DNA from: Lama guanicoe
Taxonomy: Eukaryota
Assembly: GCA_013239625.1 (NCBI GenBank)
Contig: MU053933.1
Location: forward strand, 2,629,026-2,693,025
Length of the DNA stretch: 64,000 bases
Direction: 5' to 3'
Shown: piece after piece, positions 1-12,179 of the stretch
How positions within the stretch are numbered: position 1 is the stretch's first letter
Layout of the letters: each line of letters opens with the position of its first letter
Program-made: the position numbers and the translations under genes
The notes under the pieces: generated by a model
Seen by the model: the letters and a program-made list of their open reading frames with translations, nothing else
The model's database searches: none
What the model was told of the DNA's origin: nothing

Positions 1-1791
1 CCACATCGGGGATCTCAGCTGCACCGAGCAGGCAGGGAAAGGATGCTCTCCATGCCCTGCCCCTAGCCCCGCCACGAGCCCCTCTCGCCGCCTATAAGCC
101 CGGCTTCCAGCTGGTACGAGCGGAGGGCTTCGGACCGTTTCGTGCGGCTGCTTCCAGAACCAGTACTTTGTGTTTCCCGGAGCTGCGTCGTGAGTGCCCG
201 TCTCACACAGCCTCTGCGCTTGCCCCACACCACCTGCTTCTGGTCTTCGCCTCCGACCCGACCTCTCCTCCAGGCTCAGTCTGACCACCACACACCACAT
301 TCCCCCCGACCCTCCAGCCGAGAGGCCCCTCGAGCACCTGCATCTTCCCGAGGGCGTGCGGTGGCCTGGCACTGTGCCCACGTCCTACCTCCATTCAGAC
401 CTGGGGGAAATGAGCTTCATTACACCTTCCATAAGGGAGGTGCTAAAGCACACCAGTACGGATGGCGCAGTGAGCCCCGCGCGCCGTCAGCTAGCGTCAG
501 CAGGTGCCAGCCGGGGCGCCTCGGCCTCTCCCCCGCCCTGCAGTCTGTGATGACGAGCCCCAAGGACCATCCCGTCCGTGAGCGTCTCTGTGTGTGTCCC
601 TACCAGTGTGTGTCCCTGGAAGAGACGTGCTGTCTCCACACCGGCAAGGACTGAAAACAACCCCTTAGTACAGCCAGTTCCCCACACAACACTTGAATCT
701 CCCCGAGCCTGTCTGATTCCCTTCAGGTCCCTGTGGTAAGCAGTTCTGTGCTCTGTGTTATAGATTTTCAGAAACTACACCTTGGAGTAACTCAAAAATA
801 CAAAATGTTAATGCTTTTAAAACGTCTGGAACACTTTCTTGAATAAAGGATTCTAAATAGAAGCTCATTAAGCTTTTAGCAACGAATCTGCCAGCTATAC
901 AGTGAGAATTAGTGTTACTAACACATGATTGTCATGAAAACTGTGTCTTAGATGTCAGTTATGTGAGAAAGATGTTTCAGATACATGCACGTTTTAACAC
1001 ATGCTAGGCACTGTTTTGTATTATAAATCACTGGTTTTTAGTGATTTACAATAGAAACCTAACTTGCGTACCGAGCAGCATGTGCCTGCAGAACTCGGCA
1101 GTCTGCTGGAGTCCTTCACCGCAGGTCGCGTGCTAGTGCGGTCTTGCAAGGAGCGGCCGGAGTATTTAGGAAGAGGAAACTCTTTAATTTGTTAATGATG
1201 AAATAACTGGAGTAATTGTTCTCTGAGGGTTTCCTGTGGTTCTCCTGCCAACAAAATAGGTTGTATGTGGCTAAGAAGTTGGGTCAGATTTTAAGAATTC
1301 TACGCGTTTTAGTTTTGTCCATGAGACGCCCCTGCGGCTGAGAGGCGGAGTGACCACGGTACCTGTTTCTTCCTGCTCAGTAGCTTTACTTTATAACCCA
1401 CCCCAGTCTCCCCAGCACCCAGGTCGGCAAGTGGCTGGCGGTCTGGGCTCCGTCCTGGGGCGTCTTTCTGAGATGCACAGGGCGTTCGTTGCCTTCCCCT
1501 GGCTCGGAGCTCTGTACGGCCGCCACCCCTGGAGTGCAGGCCGCTCTCGCAGCGCCCTGAAGTCCTCCCTGCTGCAGCAGGGGCCTGGCCGGGACCCCGG
1601 GTCCTGACCACGCACAAGGGGGAGGAGCTTCCGGTCGCCCAGTCCGGAGGCTGGACCCACCCGCCCTTGTCTGAACAGCTTTCCACGGAGGGGACCCACC
1701 TCGTGTCACTCAGGGCTCAGTGCTGTGTTCTTGTTGTCTTTCAGACAGAAACAGCCTCCACCAGTCAAGAAGCTCCCAGAAGCGCCTTGCC

Positions 1792-1819
1792 ATGGACCTG
1801 GAAGATGGAGAGAACATGA
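1792..1819 (+). CDS. ADARB1: ADARB1 coding exon 1 (MDLEDGENM-S); exon begins at 1745
   Basis: Acceptor ttgtctttcag|1745, Kozak GCCATGG at 1792, donor ATGA|gtaaga at 1820; matches the human N-terminus MDIEDEENMS. Confidence 0.95.
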
Positions 1820-3569
1820 GTAAGACCTCGGCCCGCCACGTGGTCCCGAGCGCTGGTCTCCTGGGCAAGTCTCAGTGTGTGAGCGTGTTTAGCAGGGCCA
1901 GTGTGACACAGGCTGCTGACAGCGGCGTGTGTCCGCTTCGGGCTGGTGTCTGCTGTGGGCGTTCCCTCACGGCCGCTTGTCGGGGGTACTCGCCCTTGTC
2001 ATCAGCCGGGGCCGCGATGTGCGTGCCTCCCGCTAAGTCACGCGCGGTCCCCACAGTAGCAGCCGGCTTTCTCCCGTGGCCCTGAGGTTGGTCATGTGGG
2101 ATAACAGTACGTAAGCATTTCCCTTCAAATACGCTGGGTTGTCCCTGTGTTTTGAGGGAAAGGGCCCATGTGAGTCTGCGGATCTTAAGTTTCTGAAGAC
2201 TTAATGAGCCTTAGGGCTGGTGTGGCCTGAAACTCCCTGTCCCCCCTGGGGCAGGGGGGGCAGAGGGGACAGAGGGCCTCAGCTTCCCCTCGACATAGCT
2301 CTCTGTGGAAAGTTCCGTGGGCGAGCTCCCCTGCTCCGCCTCTAGGTCTGGACGGCAGAGCAGTCAGGGAAGGAGTCGGTGCTGCCGCAGGGCAGGGGCG
2401 TTTAGTGGGGGCAGCACGGCAGGGGCACCAGGGCTCTGATTTGTGCACGTGCATGCCGGGCTGTCCCCGGGAAGAGCGTGCGGGTGTGAAGGACAGGTGA
2501 CATTTTACTGAGCGTGTCCTCGGGGACTAGGACGCAGCTCAGTCCCTTTCCCTGTGGCCTCACCCCAAATGCAGCAGTGGAGGCCCTGCAGGCGCTGATC
2601 TGCACACACAGCCCACTTCTCCGGGAGAGCGTGCCGCCTGGCGGGCCGCTGCGAGCCATGTGCTGCAGCTGCTGGGCCTGTCAGGGGCCCGCACCGTACG
2701 CGCCCTCCGGCTGGAGCCCGTCCCTGGGACACGGCGTGGGGAGCCGTGAGTAGGTGCTGCTTCGGGCCTGAGGCCGTGCCCCTGCCAGCATGTGCTGGGC
2801 GCCCCCCCAGGGGCAGAGCTCCTCTTGGGCTCTTCAGGACCAGCCCCCCCACCAGTCCCAGTTCACCCAGCACTGCTCCTCCTTTCTGTCAGGCCTGTGG
2901 GCTGCTGTCCATGGTGGGGGTCATGGTCTGGGTGGAAGCTTCCCGGTGTGCAGATGGTGTAACCATCGCCAGGGCGACCTGCTGGTAAGTGACCTCGATA
3001 GAGAATCCTTCCGCATGAGGTTTCTGGAAAGGTAAGCCGCCGGTTCCAGGGCTGCAGCTGAAACGCCTGGCCTGTATCTTCTCATTTTGAAAGCAATGGA
3101 ATATTTTGTCGTGATTAACATCCGCATTTGTGAAGTAAATTAGCGTGGTCTGTAAGGAGGAGGCTCCTGCTTAAGAACAGCTGTGATGGTGGGGTGTCTT
3201 TGTCCAGTTCTGTATTTTATCTTCCTTGACATAGAAGCATTTTAACAAGGTAGAATGTGAGCTTCTGGAGCAAAGAAGAACTTGGAATCCATGTGAACTA
3301 TGCAGAATAGAAAGTGTGCGTATAATCTCAAGGTCCCTTGTCAGTCAGTGCTGATTGTTTTCACTTAAAGGAAAGCACGTGTTTCAGGGATTACAAATAT
3401 TTGACTAAACGCACGTCAGGACATGCTTACAGCGATGCGCTTTCCGCTGCCGATGCTTCAGCGACATCGGGACAGAAGCTCTTGTCTAGTGCGTGGTGTT
3501 GCTGCTCGTTTGCTAATCTAAACTCTGTCTTGCTCTACCCTTTCTAACTTTTTGTTTCCTTTGAGCACC

Positions 3570-3668
3570 GAAAGGAGTAACCTATTGAGCTTTTGCTGGA
3601 GGATGTTATAAATGAAAATTTAGTGTCCATTCCATCAGCTTTGTCAACTGGGAGAAGTGGTGTGTGTG
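3570..3668 (+). promoter_or_regulatory. Editing-complementary sequence (ECS) for the auto-editing site
   Basis: Colinear imperfect reverse complement of about 5072-5168: gaaaggagtaac/gttactctttc, ggatgttataaatgaaaattta/taaattttgcatttacaagatcc, ctttgtcaactgg/ccagttacaaag, aagtggtgtgtg/cacacatcactt. Confidence 0.92.
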
Positions 3669-5133
3669 TCAGGAGGGCTGGGGAGGAACGAAGTCCACAG
3701 AGAAAGCTTGTCAGTCTCCTAGTCTCTGCCACAGCGTGGACTCAGCTTTCCCACGGGGGGTGCTTGGCCCAGGGTTTTTCTGTGCGTCTCAGCTGAGCAG
3801 CGACAGCCCTGGAAGCCAGGGCACTTTAACTGGGGCCTGGCAGCTGATGACCCTGACAGGCTTCCTGCCGCGTTAAGCCCGCCCTCCCCTGGGTACAGCT
3901 GACGAGCATTTTCACAGTAGTGTTCCAGTTTCCTTCACTTGATGAGAGAGAATCTTCTTTTATTTCTGCGGTAGAAGTAGACCCTAGAGCCACCACATGG
4001 TGGTGGTAACTTGTAAATTAGTCTACAATTGTAAAAAATATTTTGGTTGATTAAAGATTTACTGCGGATTTTTGAAAGCCAGGTCTTTAAATACTTTCAC
4101 ATCAGCAACATTGTGAGGCCCTGGAGCCGTGCCCCCACGCTCATGGGCAGACGGCCCCCCATGCGGACTAACCAGAGGCAAGGAATTCGTTCCTTTTTTT
4201 AAAAGTTTGATAAACTTGAAGGAGTTAAGTTTTTGAAATTAAAATCATACTTATTTTGCCATGGACTTTTAGAGTTCTGAAGTTATCTTTATTGGTCGTA
4301 AAAAATCAAATACCCTTAAAAGATAAGGCAACCAAATTATTCTGTAAATCCGTCAGATATTTGTTTCAAACAAAAGACAAAACTGCCAGCTGTAGTCAGG
4401 AAGTTAGGAAGTCCTAAACACTCCAGTTTTCGTGTCTTCTGTATTTTTTCTATCGTGGAGTGTATTAACTATTCGGAGGTGAGTCAACTCCCATACGTAA
4501 TGAAAAAATCCTAAGTGAAAAAGTTCACTTCACTAGAAGTGAAGCTGGATCCTTTAGAAGTAACTTCTAAAAGGCCAGAACATTTTACATAGTCACATAA
4601 GCAGTTTTCTAAGATTGATCCATGAACTAAATCAAATAACTGCACATGTTGATTGAATATTTTAAACCAGAGAAAGACATTAACTTGTGAATGCGTGTTT
4701 TAGATGTTGTTTCTTTTCTGGGACATGCTGCAGTGTAAAGCCCCGTGTGAGTACAGCCTGAGGGAAAAGGGCTTTGCAAAGGAGGGAAATGCGAAAGGAA
4801 AGCGCACATATATCAGCACTGATGCTAGACTTACTAATGCAGGGTTTCTGGATCAGTTTATTATCCCACATTTTGATAAACTGGCATAACGTCTCTAGAT
4901 GCTTCAGAATATTCTCATAGAAAAAGATCATTTAAAAATTCATCTTTTAATGCAAAAGCAGTTGGCGACACTCAATAGAGCCAGCGTTAGGCACTGTTTA
5001 GCAAGACGTCAGCTTCCTCCTTTCAGCTTAGCTGGCTTCTGGGGGGAGTGGCCGCCGGGGGGAGTGCATGAGCACACATCACTTGACCAGTTACAAAGAC
5101 AGATGAAGGAATCTATAAATTTTGCATTTACAA

Positions 5134-5180
5134 GATCCTGCAACGAAGGCGTTGTAAGTTACTCTTTCTGGGCACCGCAG
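5134..5180 (+). promoter_or_regulatory. ADARB1: Editing-dependent 47-nt extension of exon 2; A5133 is the -1 auto-editing site (AA->AI acceptor)
   Basis: tttgcatttacAA|gatcctgcaacgaaggcgttgtaagttactctttctgggcaccgcag: the AA lies exactly 47 nt before the canonical acceptor, as described for rodent and human ADAR2. Confidence 0.93.
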
Positions 5181-6121
5181 GTTCGAGCACAGATGTTAAG
5201 GAAAACTGCGGTCTGGACGGCGCGCCCCCCGCGGACGGCAGCGCCCCGGGGCCGGGCGAGGGTGCCCCGCTCTCCAACGGGGGCGGCGGGGGCGGCGGGG
5301 GCGGCGGCAGGAAGCGGCCCCTGGAGGAGGGCAGCAACGGCCACGCCAAGTTCCGCCTGAAGAAGCGGAGGAGGGCGCCGGGGCCGGCGCTGCCCAAGAA
5401 CGCTCTGATGCAGCTCAACGAGATCAAGCCCGGCCTGCAGTACACGCTGCTGTCGCAGACGGGGCCCGTGCACGCGCCCCTGTTCGTCATGTCCGTCGAG
5501 GTCAATGGGCAGGTGTTCGAGGGCTCCGGCCCCACCAAGAAGAAGGCCAAGCTGCACGCGGCCGAGAAGGCGCTGCGGTCCTTTGTGCAGTTCCCCAACG
5601 CCTCCGAGGCCCACCTGGCCATGGGCCGGACCCTGTCTGCCAACACGGACTTCACGTCCGACCAGGCCGACTTCCCCGACGCCCTCTTCAACGGCTTCGA
5701 GACCCCAGACAGGTCGGACGCGCCCTTCTACCTGGGCTCCAACGGCGACGACTCCTTCAGCTCCAGCGGGGACCTCAGCCTGTCCGCGTCCCCCGTGCCC
5801 GCCGGCCTGGCCCAGCCCCTGCTGCCCATACCCCCGCCCTTCCCGCCCCCGAGCGGGAAGAACCCCGTGATGATCTTGAACGAGCTGCGCCCGGGACTGA
5901 AGTACGACTTCCTGTCGGAGAGCGGGGAGAGCCACGCCAAGAACTTTGTCATGTCCGTGGTGGTGGACGGTCAGTTCTTCGAGGGCTCGGGGAGGAACAA
6001 AAAGCTGGCCAAGGCCCGGGCCGCGCAGTCTGCCCTGGCGACTGTCTTTAACTTGCACTTGGACCAGACCCCGTCTCGCCAGCCCATCCCCAGCGAGGGC
6101 CTTCAGTTACACTTACCACAG
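5181..6121 (+). CDS. ADARB1: ADARB1 exon 2: N-terminal basic region/NLS, dsRBD1 and dsRBD2
   Basis: Acceptor ccgcag|GT TCG AGC ACA GAT GTT AAG. Encodes [25 protein letters not shown]...[13 protein letters not shown] and [13 protein letters not shown]...[13 protein letters not shown]. Donor CAG|gtgagg at 6122. Confidence 0.98.
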
Positions 6122-9100
6122 GTGAGGAAAGCCGCTGGCAAACCTGGCGTGTCTCAATAATGCTTTTACACAGGATCTGACCTCCTTCCTCCTGTGTCCT
6201 CCGCACAGGTGCTTCCTGGTAAGTCCAGCTGCCCGGCGGCCTCTCCTTGAGCGCGCCGCTCCTGTGGTCGCTGGGAAGCCCGCCCAAGGCTGCAGGGTGC
6301 AGCCTGGCCCGGAGGGGCGGTCGGGGCCCTGGAACCTTGCCCAGCTCAGCGGTGCCCTCCCTCGGGGCCTCGTGTGAAGTCCCAGGTGCAGGCTGGGTGA
6401 GGCTGGCCAGGCAGCGGCTGAAGCCCAACTCTGGGTCAGGGACTGAGCCCAGCAGGACTGAGGCTCAGGAGGCTGTCCAGGCAGAGGCTGGGCCACAGCG
6501 GTGGGGAGCACGTGTCAGAATGGCTAGGGGCACCAGGGCCCTCCACGAGCACCCCGGCGCCCACTCCTGGAGCCCCCACGGCGGGTCCCGGCGGGTCCCC
6601 GGAGCGGGTGTGGCTGTCCAGGTTGGGCTCGGAGGGAGAGGGAAGGAGAGAGCTTTTCAGCACCCCAGAACTCTCCCACGGCTTGTTGCTTCTCTTCCCG
6701 GAATTCCAGAATTATTCTGGTCTATTGAAGGACTCTGCCTTCAGGGAGACAGTCTAACCCTCCATTCCTTCCTGAGTAATATCTCAGTCTGAAGATGAGA
6801 TACACACTGGCCTGGTTGGAGCGTACGTGGGACGCCCGGCCGGCAGGAGGGCTGCCTCCCTCAGGAGGGCCCAGACCCTCTCGGGCCTTTGTGTGCAGGG
6901 GCCTCTGTGCAGGGGTCACCTCAGAAGGCCCACAGTTCTCAGTCTGAACAGAAGGAAATTGATTTTATTTTGCCTAAAGCAGCCAAATGCAGCATGAGTA
7001 CAAAGTAACACATCCAAAGTATATTACTGATTTTTTATGAACCAAATAACCGCTTCCCACGTTAACCTCTTGTTGACATTGCCCCCAGGAACTCTTGGTC
7101 CATTGTAATTTTACAAACGGGTGGCGCTCGTTCCCAAGTGATTTGTTATTCTCGGGTCTACCATTTGCCACATATTTCAACCTGAGTTCAGAATAACGTC
7201 CAATGTGACGAGTCTTCCCTCACATCAGCAGTTGTCTGCAAGACAATTGGAGTCATACCAAGTGTCACGAACCCCACGTCCTGGGCGGGGACCGCCGCGC
7301 TGGTCTGTGTGTGTGCGTGCACGTGTGCGTGCGCTCACACGTGTGCACGCATGTGTGCTGGCGGCCGCTCCCAGGCCTGGCTGTGACTTCCCTGTGGAAC
7401 AGCGCCCGGGCTCCTTCCCTGGGGCCCAGTGGAGCTGGCTGGGGAGGGCTCTTCTGAAATCCAGCTGACCGGGAGGGTGTGGGCCAGCAAGGGCTGCTTC
7501 CTCCCTGCCCAGTGCCACGTGCCCCTGCTCCACGTGCCCCTGCTCCACAGGCTGCACTGCAGTTTCTGGAGCTCAGCAGTCCAGGGAACCCCACCCCCCT
7601 CTGCTCACAGTGGCCCCCAGGTCCCCCAGGGTCCCCGTGGTAGCTCGGGGTGAGGTTACGTTTTCCCTGGAGGACTCGCGGGCGGCCTTCAAAGGATCCG
7701 GCCTTGCGGCTTTATTTCTGGGCTCCACTGCCTCCCCACTGGGGATTTCCAAAGGTGCAACCTAGAGTGAGTGAAAGGTCCTCCTGTCTTCCTAGGGGGC
7801 CCTTGGAGGACGTGGGTTGCCTGTCCCTGGTCTTAGGATGTTTGCCTTTCTAGTGTTCACGGCGGCTTTAGCAGGTTTAAAAATCAGACGATGTTGCCCG
7901 CGTGGTGAGCACAGAGCACTAGGTCAGTGAATTTGATTGACGTGGCCCGGCGCTCCGTCATGCAGGGTGCAGCCTCGAGCCAGGGCCCCCGCCACCCATG
8001 TCAGGCCGGGAGGGGCGGTGGGTGGCGTGGGTTTGACTTGTGCTGCTCCCTGCGCCCCAGAGTCCGCAGGGAGAGCCTGCCCGGTCCCCTCGGGGTGGGA
8101 GGGCGGTCCGACGCTGTGGGCGTCCATCAGCGCAGGCTCCGCCCCAGCGGAGGGTCCGACTCGGGCTGAGCTCGGCTGCCCTTCTCTGGGAATTCGGAGC
8201 CACGTCTAAGCTTGTGTGGAGCAGACACCTGTTTCCTCTGCTTTCCCTTCACCTCTTGCTGTTTCTCCTTCTCTGTCGACTGGAAGGCTGCGTCCCCTCT
8301 CCGGTACCCTCGCCATCGTGCTGCCACGTGCCCATCCTCTGCCTGCGTGCTCACCACCTTCCCGGCTCACACTGGGTGCAGAATGAGGTCCCCGGGCCCC
8401 GTCCCCGGGTCTCTGTCCACATCCCAACTTCTGGGGCTCACTGGTACCTGCTGGTGCGGTGACGGGGAAGGGTACTCTGACAGCTGCGTTCTTCCTAAAA
8501 AGGCACCATTTAGGACGAGCAATTTTTCTCTTGGTTTTATTAAAGGCCCCGCAGGGGGCCCTTGGTTTGGCCGTTAAATTCTCCAGACCAGTGTGGGAGG
8601 GCGGGCGCGGGTCCTCACGCACCTCCCCTCGGACATGACTTCCCCGCGCGCCCTGGGCCCTCACACCCAAGGTGAATCGGAGGCCGTGCAGTGGGCACGT
8701 CCGAGGCTGACAGACACGTGTGCTTCTGAGCAGCTCTGCCCGTACCGCAGGGCGCCAGCTGAGCCGCTCCAGACGCCCCCTTACACTCTCCCTTTACACG
8801 TGTGGCCTCTGCGCACACGCCCCATGTCACTGGATCTAAGTGACAGGTGCGCTGCAGGCTCTGACAGTGCTGGTTCCGAGGACCGAGCCGGGTAACTAGT
8901 TTTAGATGTTGAAATAACTGGGACACATGGAAAGGGCCCCTTTGGGAGGCAGGTGCTGTGAGCCTGGTGACTAATGTGATCACTCTTCTGGCCGCCCCTT
9001 TCTCTGCCTGTGGTGTCACTGGGAGGACAAGCTCCCCGTCGGGCCAGCCCTGAGCTGGCCGGGCAGCACCTCCTGTGGTGTCACGTCCTCCTGAAGCCCC

Positions 9101-9380
9101 GTTGCTCAGGGAGTGTGGCCCCAGGGCTCTCGCCCTGACTCGGAGCAGCAGGGGGCTGGAGGCAGGTGACCAGGAAGGCGCTGTCGCCAAGGGCCGGGCT
9201 GCTGTGAGGGCGCCTCCCTGCACGGGGCCTGGCTCCCATGGCCCGGGCTCTGGACTGGCCCCTCTGCAGGGACCCTCTCCCACCCCTCAGGTGTCTGTTT
9301 GCAAGGAGTGTTTGGGAGGAAAAGCACGGGCGCAGGGAACTGGCCCTAAAGGGAGCGCTAACCCCCTGCTTGGTCCTCAG

Positions 9381-9495
9381 GTGTTAGCCGACGCCGTGGC
9401 CCGCCTGGTTCTGGATAAGTTTGGGGACCTGACGGACAACTTCTCCTCCCCTCACGCGCGCAGGAAAGTCCTTGCTGGAATCGTCATGACGACAG
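9381..9495 (+). CDS. ADARB1: ADARB1 exon 3 (VLADAVARLVLDKF...VLAGIVMTTG), start of deaminase domain
   Basis: cctcag| acceptor, ACAG|gtaact donor, 115 nt, phase-consistent. Confidence 0.97.
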
Positions 9496-11314
9496 GTAAC
9501 TGTGCTGGCGGTGCGTCTGCCCGCCTGCCCTCACGCTCAGCAGGGGAATCGCCTCAGCCTGGAACAGCCCCGGGACGCCGGCGGGCAGTGCGTCCGCCCT
9601 CCTTCGGAGTGCCCGCCGCGTGCTCTTACGTGTTTTCCTGAAAGTTCGTCTCTCTAACCTAAGCTTTCCCACTTGGAGAAAGCACTGTGTGTTGATATGA
9701 GCCCTGCGATCTTCTGGGAGTGGTCTTGATCTGCTCCGGAAAACTGCAGGAGGCCCCTTGACTCTTGCCTCATTCGAGAGTAGGACATGGCGGGTTTGCC
9801 AGTGATGCTGACGCTGCCAGATCGGCTCCCGGGTGGCTTGGGTGGGGAAGGGAGGGCCCTCTAGCAAGAGCAGAAATCGGGAAAACATGCTTTGGGATGG
9901 CAGAAGCCCTGTTAATGTTTGCCCAAAGATCCCAGCAGCAAAGGAACCCTCCCGCGTCCCCGCCCCACTTCCCGGGAGCCAGCCCTCTGAGCAGCGCCCC
10001 GTGGGTCGGTCCGACAAACGGGACCCACAGCCGTGGCGGGTGCCTGGATCCCGGGGCGGGCAGGCCCCCCATCACCGTGGGGGATGAGTCTGGGCCGTCA
10101 CGCGGGGCCTCTCTTCCTGGAGCATCCACTCGGCCCCGCTGGCCGAGCCTGGACGGCCACGCACAGGAAGCCGCCCAAGAGGCCAGAGGGCGGGCTCCAG
10201 GAGTGGCTGCTCTGTCTACACCCGCTGGCCAGGGGCCCAGTTCTCCATGTAGGTGGCTGCCTTGTCCTTTCCCTGAGGTGCGCTCACCTGTCTGACCGTG
10301 ACAGGAGTGGCCCTGTGACGTTCAGTGCATCCCTGAGGCCCTGGGACACGGCCGCCGCGTGCTCGCCCTGCCCATCTGTGCTCCGGCACAGCTAGAGCAT
10401 GTCACGGGCGGGGTGGGGCGCTTTTGTGTTCCGATGTCCACTGCCTGGGTTCCCGTGTGCCCGCTGCCTCCTGCGCGGTGACCGCTTGCACAGGCAGGAC
10501 TGTCGTTCCCGGGCGAGGCCCTGCTCCCCTCCAGCAGACTGTTTTCATTCGGGTTTGACAGCCTCAGAAGGGGCACCTCACGTCGGGGGGCACGATGCAC
10601 CGCAGGGTGTGTCTCACTTGGGACCATCTGCTCAGAGCCACGATTTACACCTGAAGCACTTGGCGTGGCATCAGGCGGCCTGGTTCCAGTCCCAGAATGG
10701 ACTGTGACCACCCTATGCCACGGTTCCCTCATGCGCAGAGATAGGAGGGGAACGGGCCTCAGAGGGAGGACGCTGGGGCTGAGTGAAATCCTGCCCAGCG
10801 GGCTGCGCGGTCACCGCCCTGTAGCCGCAGGGCCTGTGTGTGGCCTGTGGACCCCTGACCGTCAGGGGGGTCGCTTCCCGGAAGCCCCCAGTGCTGGTGG
10901 GCCTCCCAGTGCAGCTAAATGGTGAGAGGCCCCTGAGCAACACCTGAGTTACCCTGGGCCCATTCTCCGGCCCCCTTGGTGCTTTGGTAGTTTCGAGGTC
11001 AGTCACGGCCAGCCTGTCCACCTCTCCACGGAGCTCCCCACCCGAGTCCACGGGGACTGTGCACGGAAAGACTTGCGTTTCGAGGAGGCTCCTTTCTTAA
11101 GTTTAGAATCTTTACACTAAAGAGTCAGGAGGGTTAGCTTCCAGAAATGTGGCAGAGCACGTGCTCAGTGGGAGGCCGTCATGGCGGCCGGGAGGGGTCA
11201 GCGGCTGCGTGAGGATGCTGCCGTCTGCCCCTGCACTGCACCCCCAGTCCACGAAGGTGCGTGTCCTGCCCTGAGGCCCGGGTCCCCGAAGCATGACTTC
11301 TCTCCTGTTTCCAG

Positions 11315-11483
11315 GCACGGACGTCAAGGATGCCAAGGTGATAAGTGTCTCCACGGGGACGAAGTGTGTTAACGGCGAGTACATGAGCGACCGGGGCCTG
11401 GCGCTGAACGACTGCCACGCGGAGATCATATCGCGGAGGGCCCTGCTTCGGTTTCTCTACACGCAGCTGGAGCTTTACTTAAA
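11315..11483 (+). CDS. ADARB1: ADARB1 exon 4 with the catalytic CHAE motif
   Basis: tttccag| acceptor; TDVKDAKVISVSTGTKC...LNDCHAEIISRR...ELYL; donor AA|gtaagt; 169 nt. Confidence 0.98.
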
Positions 11484-11667
11484 GTAAGTGTAGCAGGTGA
11501 ATGCGTCCAGGAAGCTGTTTCTCAAGAGATGCATTTTCCTTCTGTCAGAATGTACTGCAAACTTTTCATCGTTTCTGTAATCATGGAACAAGTCTCAAAA
11601 TAGTAACTTTTTAGGTAACGATTTCCTCACGATGCTCAAGCTACAGACCAGGGTTGACTAAATTACA

Positions 11668-11792
11668 GCACACATGTAACACAAGTGTGCACGCGTGTAC
11701 GTGTGCGCACACACGCACTCACAGGCAGCACACGTACACGTGCCCTCACACACACCCCTGCACGCACATATGCACGTGTGCATGCATGTCAC
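11668..11792. repeat. Degenerate (CA/CG/TG)n alternating purine-pyrimidine tract
   Basis: cacacatgt...gtgtgcacgcgtgtacgtgtgcgcacacacgcac...atatgcacgtgtgcatgcatgt. Confidence 0.8.
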
Positions 11793-12179
11793 GTAGTCAC
11801 GGGTGTCGCCTCTGGGTTCGGAGCACGTGCTCGTGTTCTGTGCGGCGTGAGCGTGGCTGGAACTGAGCTGCCAGTGGGGGGGTCAGTTCTGTGCTGGTGA
11901 CCATGCCCGAGCCGCTTTTCCCCACGAGCCGTTTCTTTTGTGTCGTCTTCGTGGCCGGCAGCCGTGGACGAGCAGAGGGAACGGTCGCTCGCGTGCTGAT
12001 GGCGCGTCCTGTCAGCAGACAGGAGCCATGTTGCTTGTTAACATATAAAATAAAGAGCCCAGTTCAGGCTGAAACCCCCCGTTTTAACACTGGCCTCTGA
12101 AAGTCACTGTGAGCTGTGCTAGACTAAACTTTCATTGTCAACAGCTTTGAGATTTATTTTGCAACTTGTTTCCTTTCAG

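Noticed and set aside
5128..6058. Long minus-strand ORFs (187 and 299 aa) over exon 2
   Set aside because: Antisense shadows of a GC3-rich coding exon; no independent protein features.
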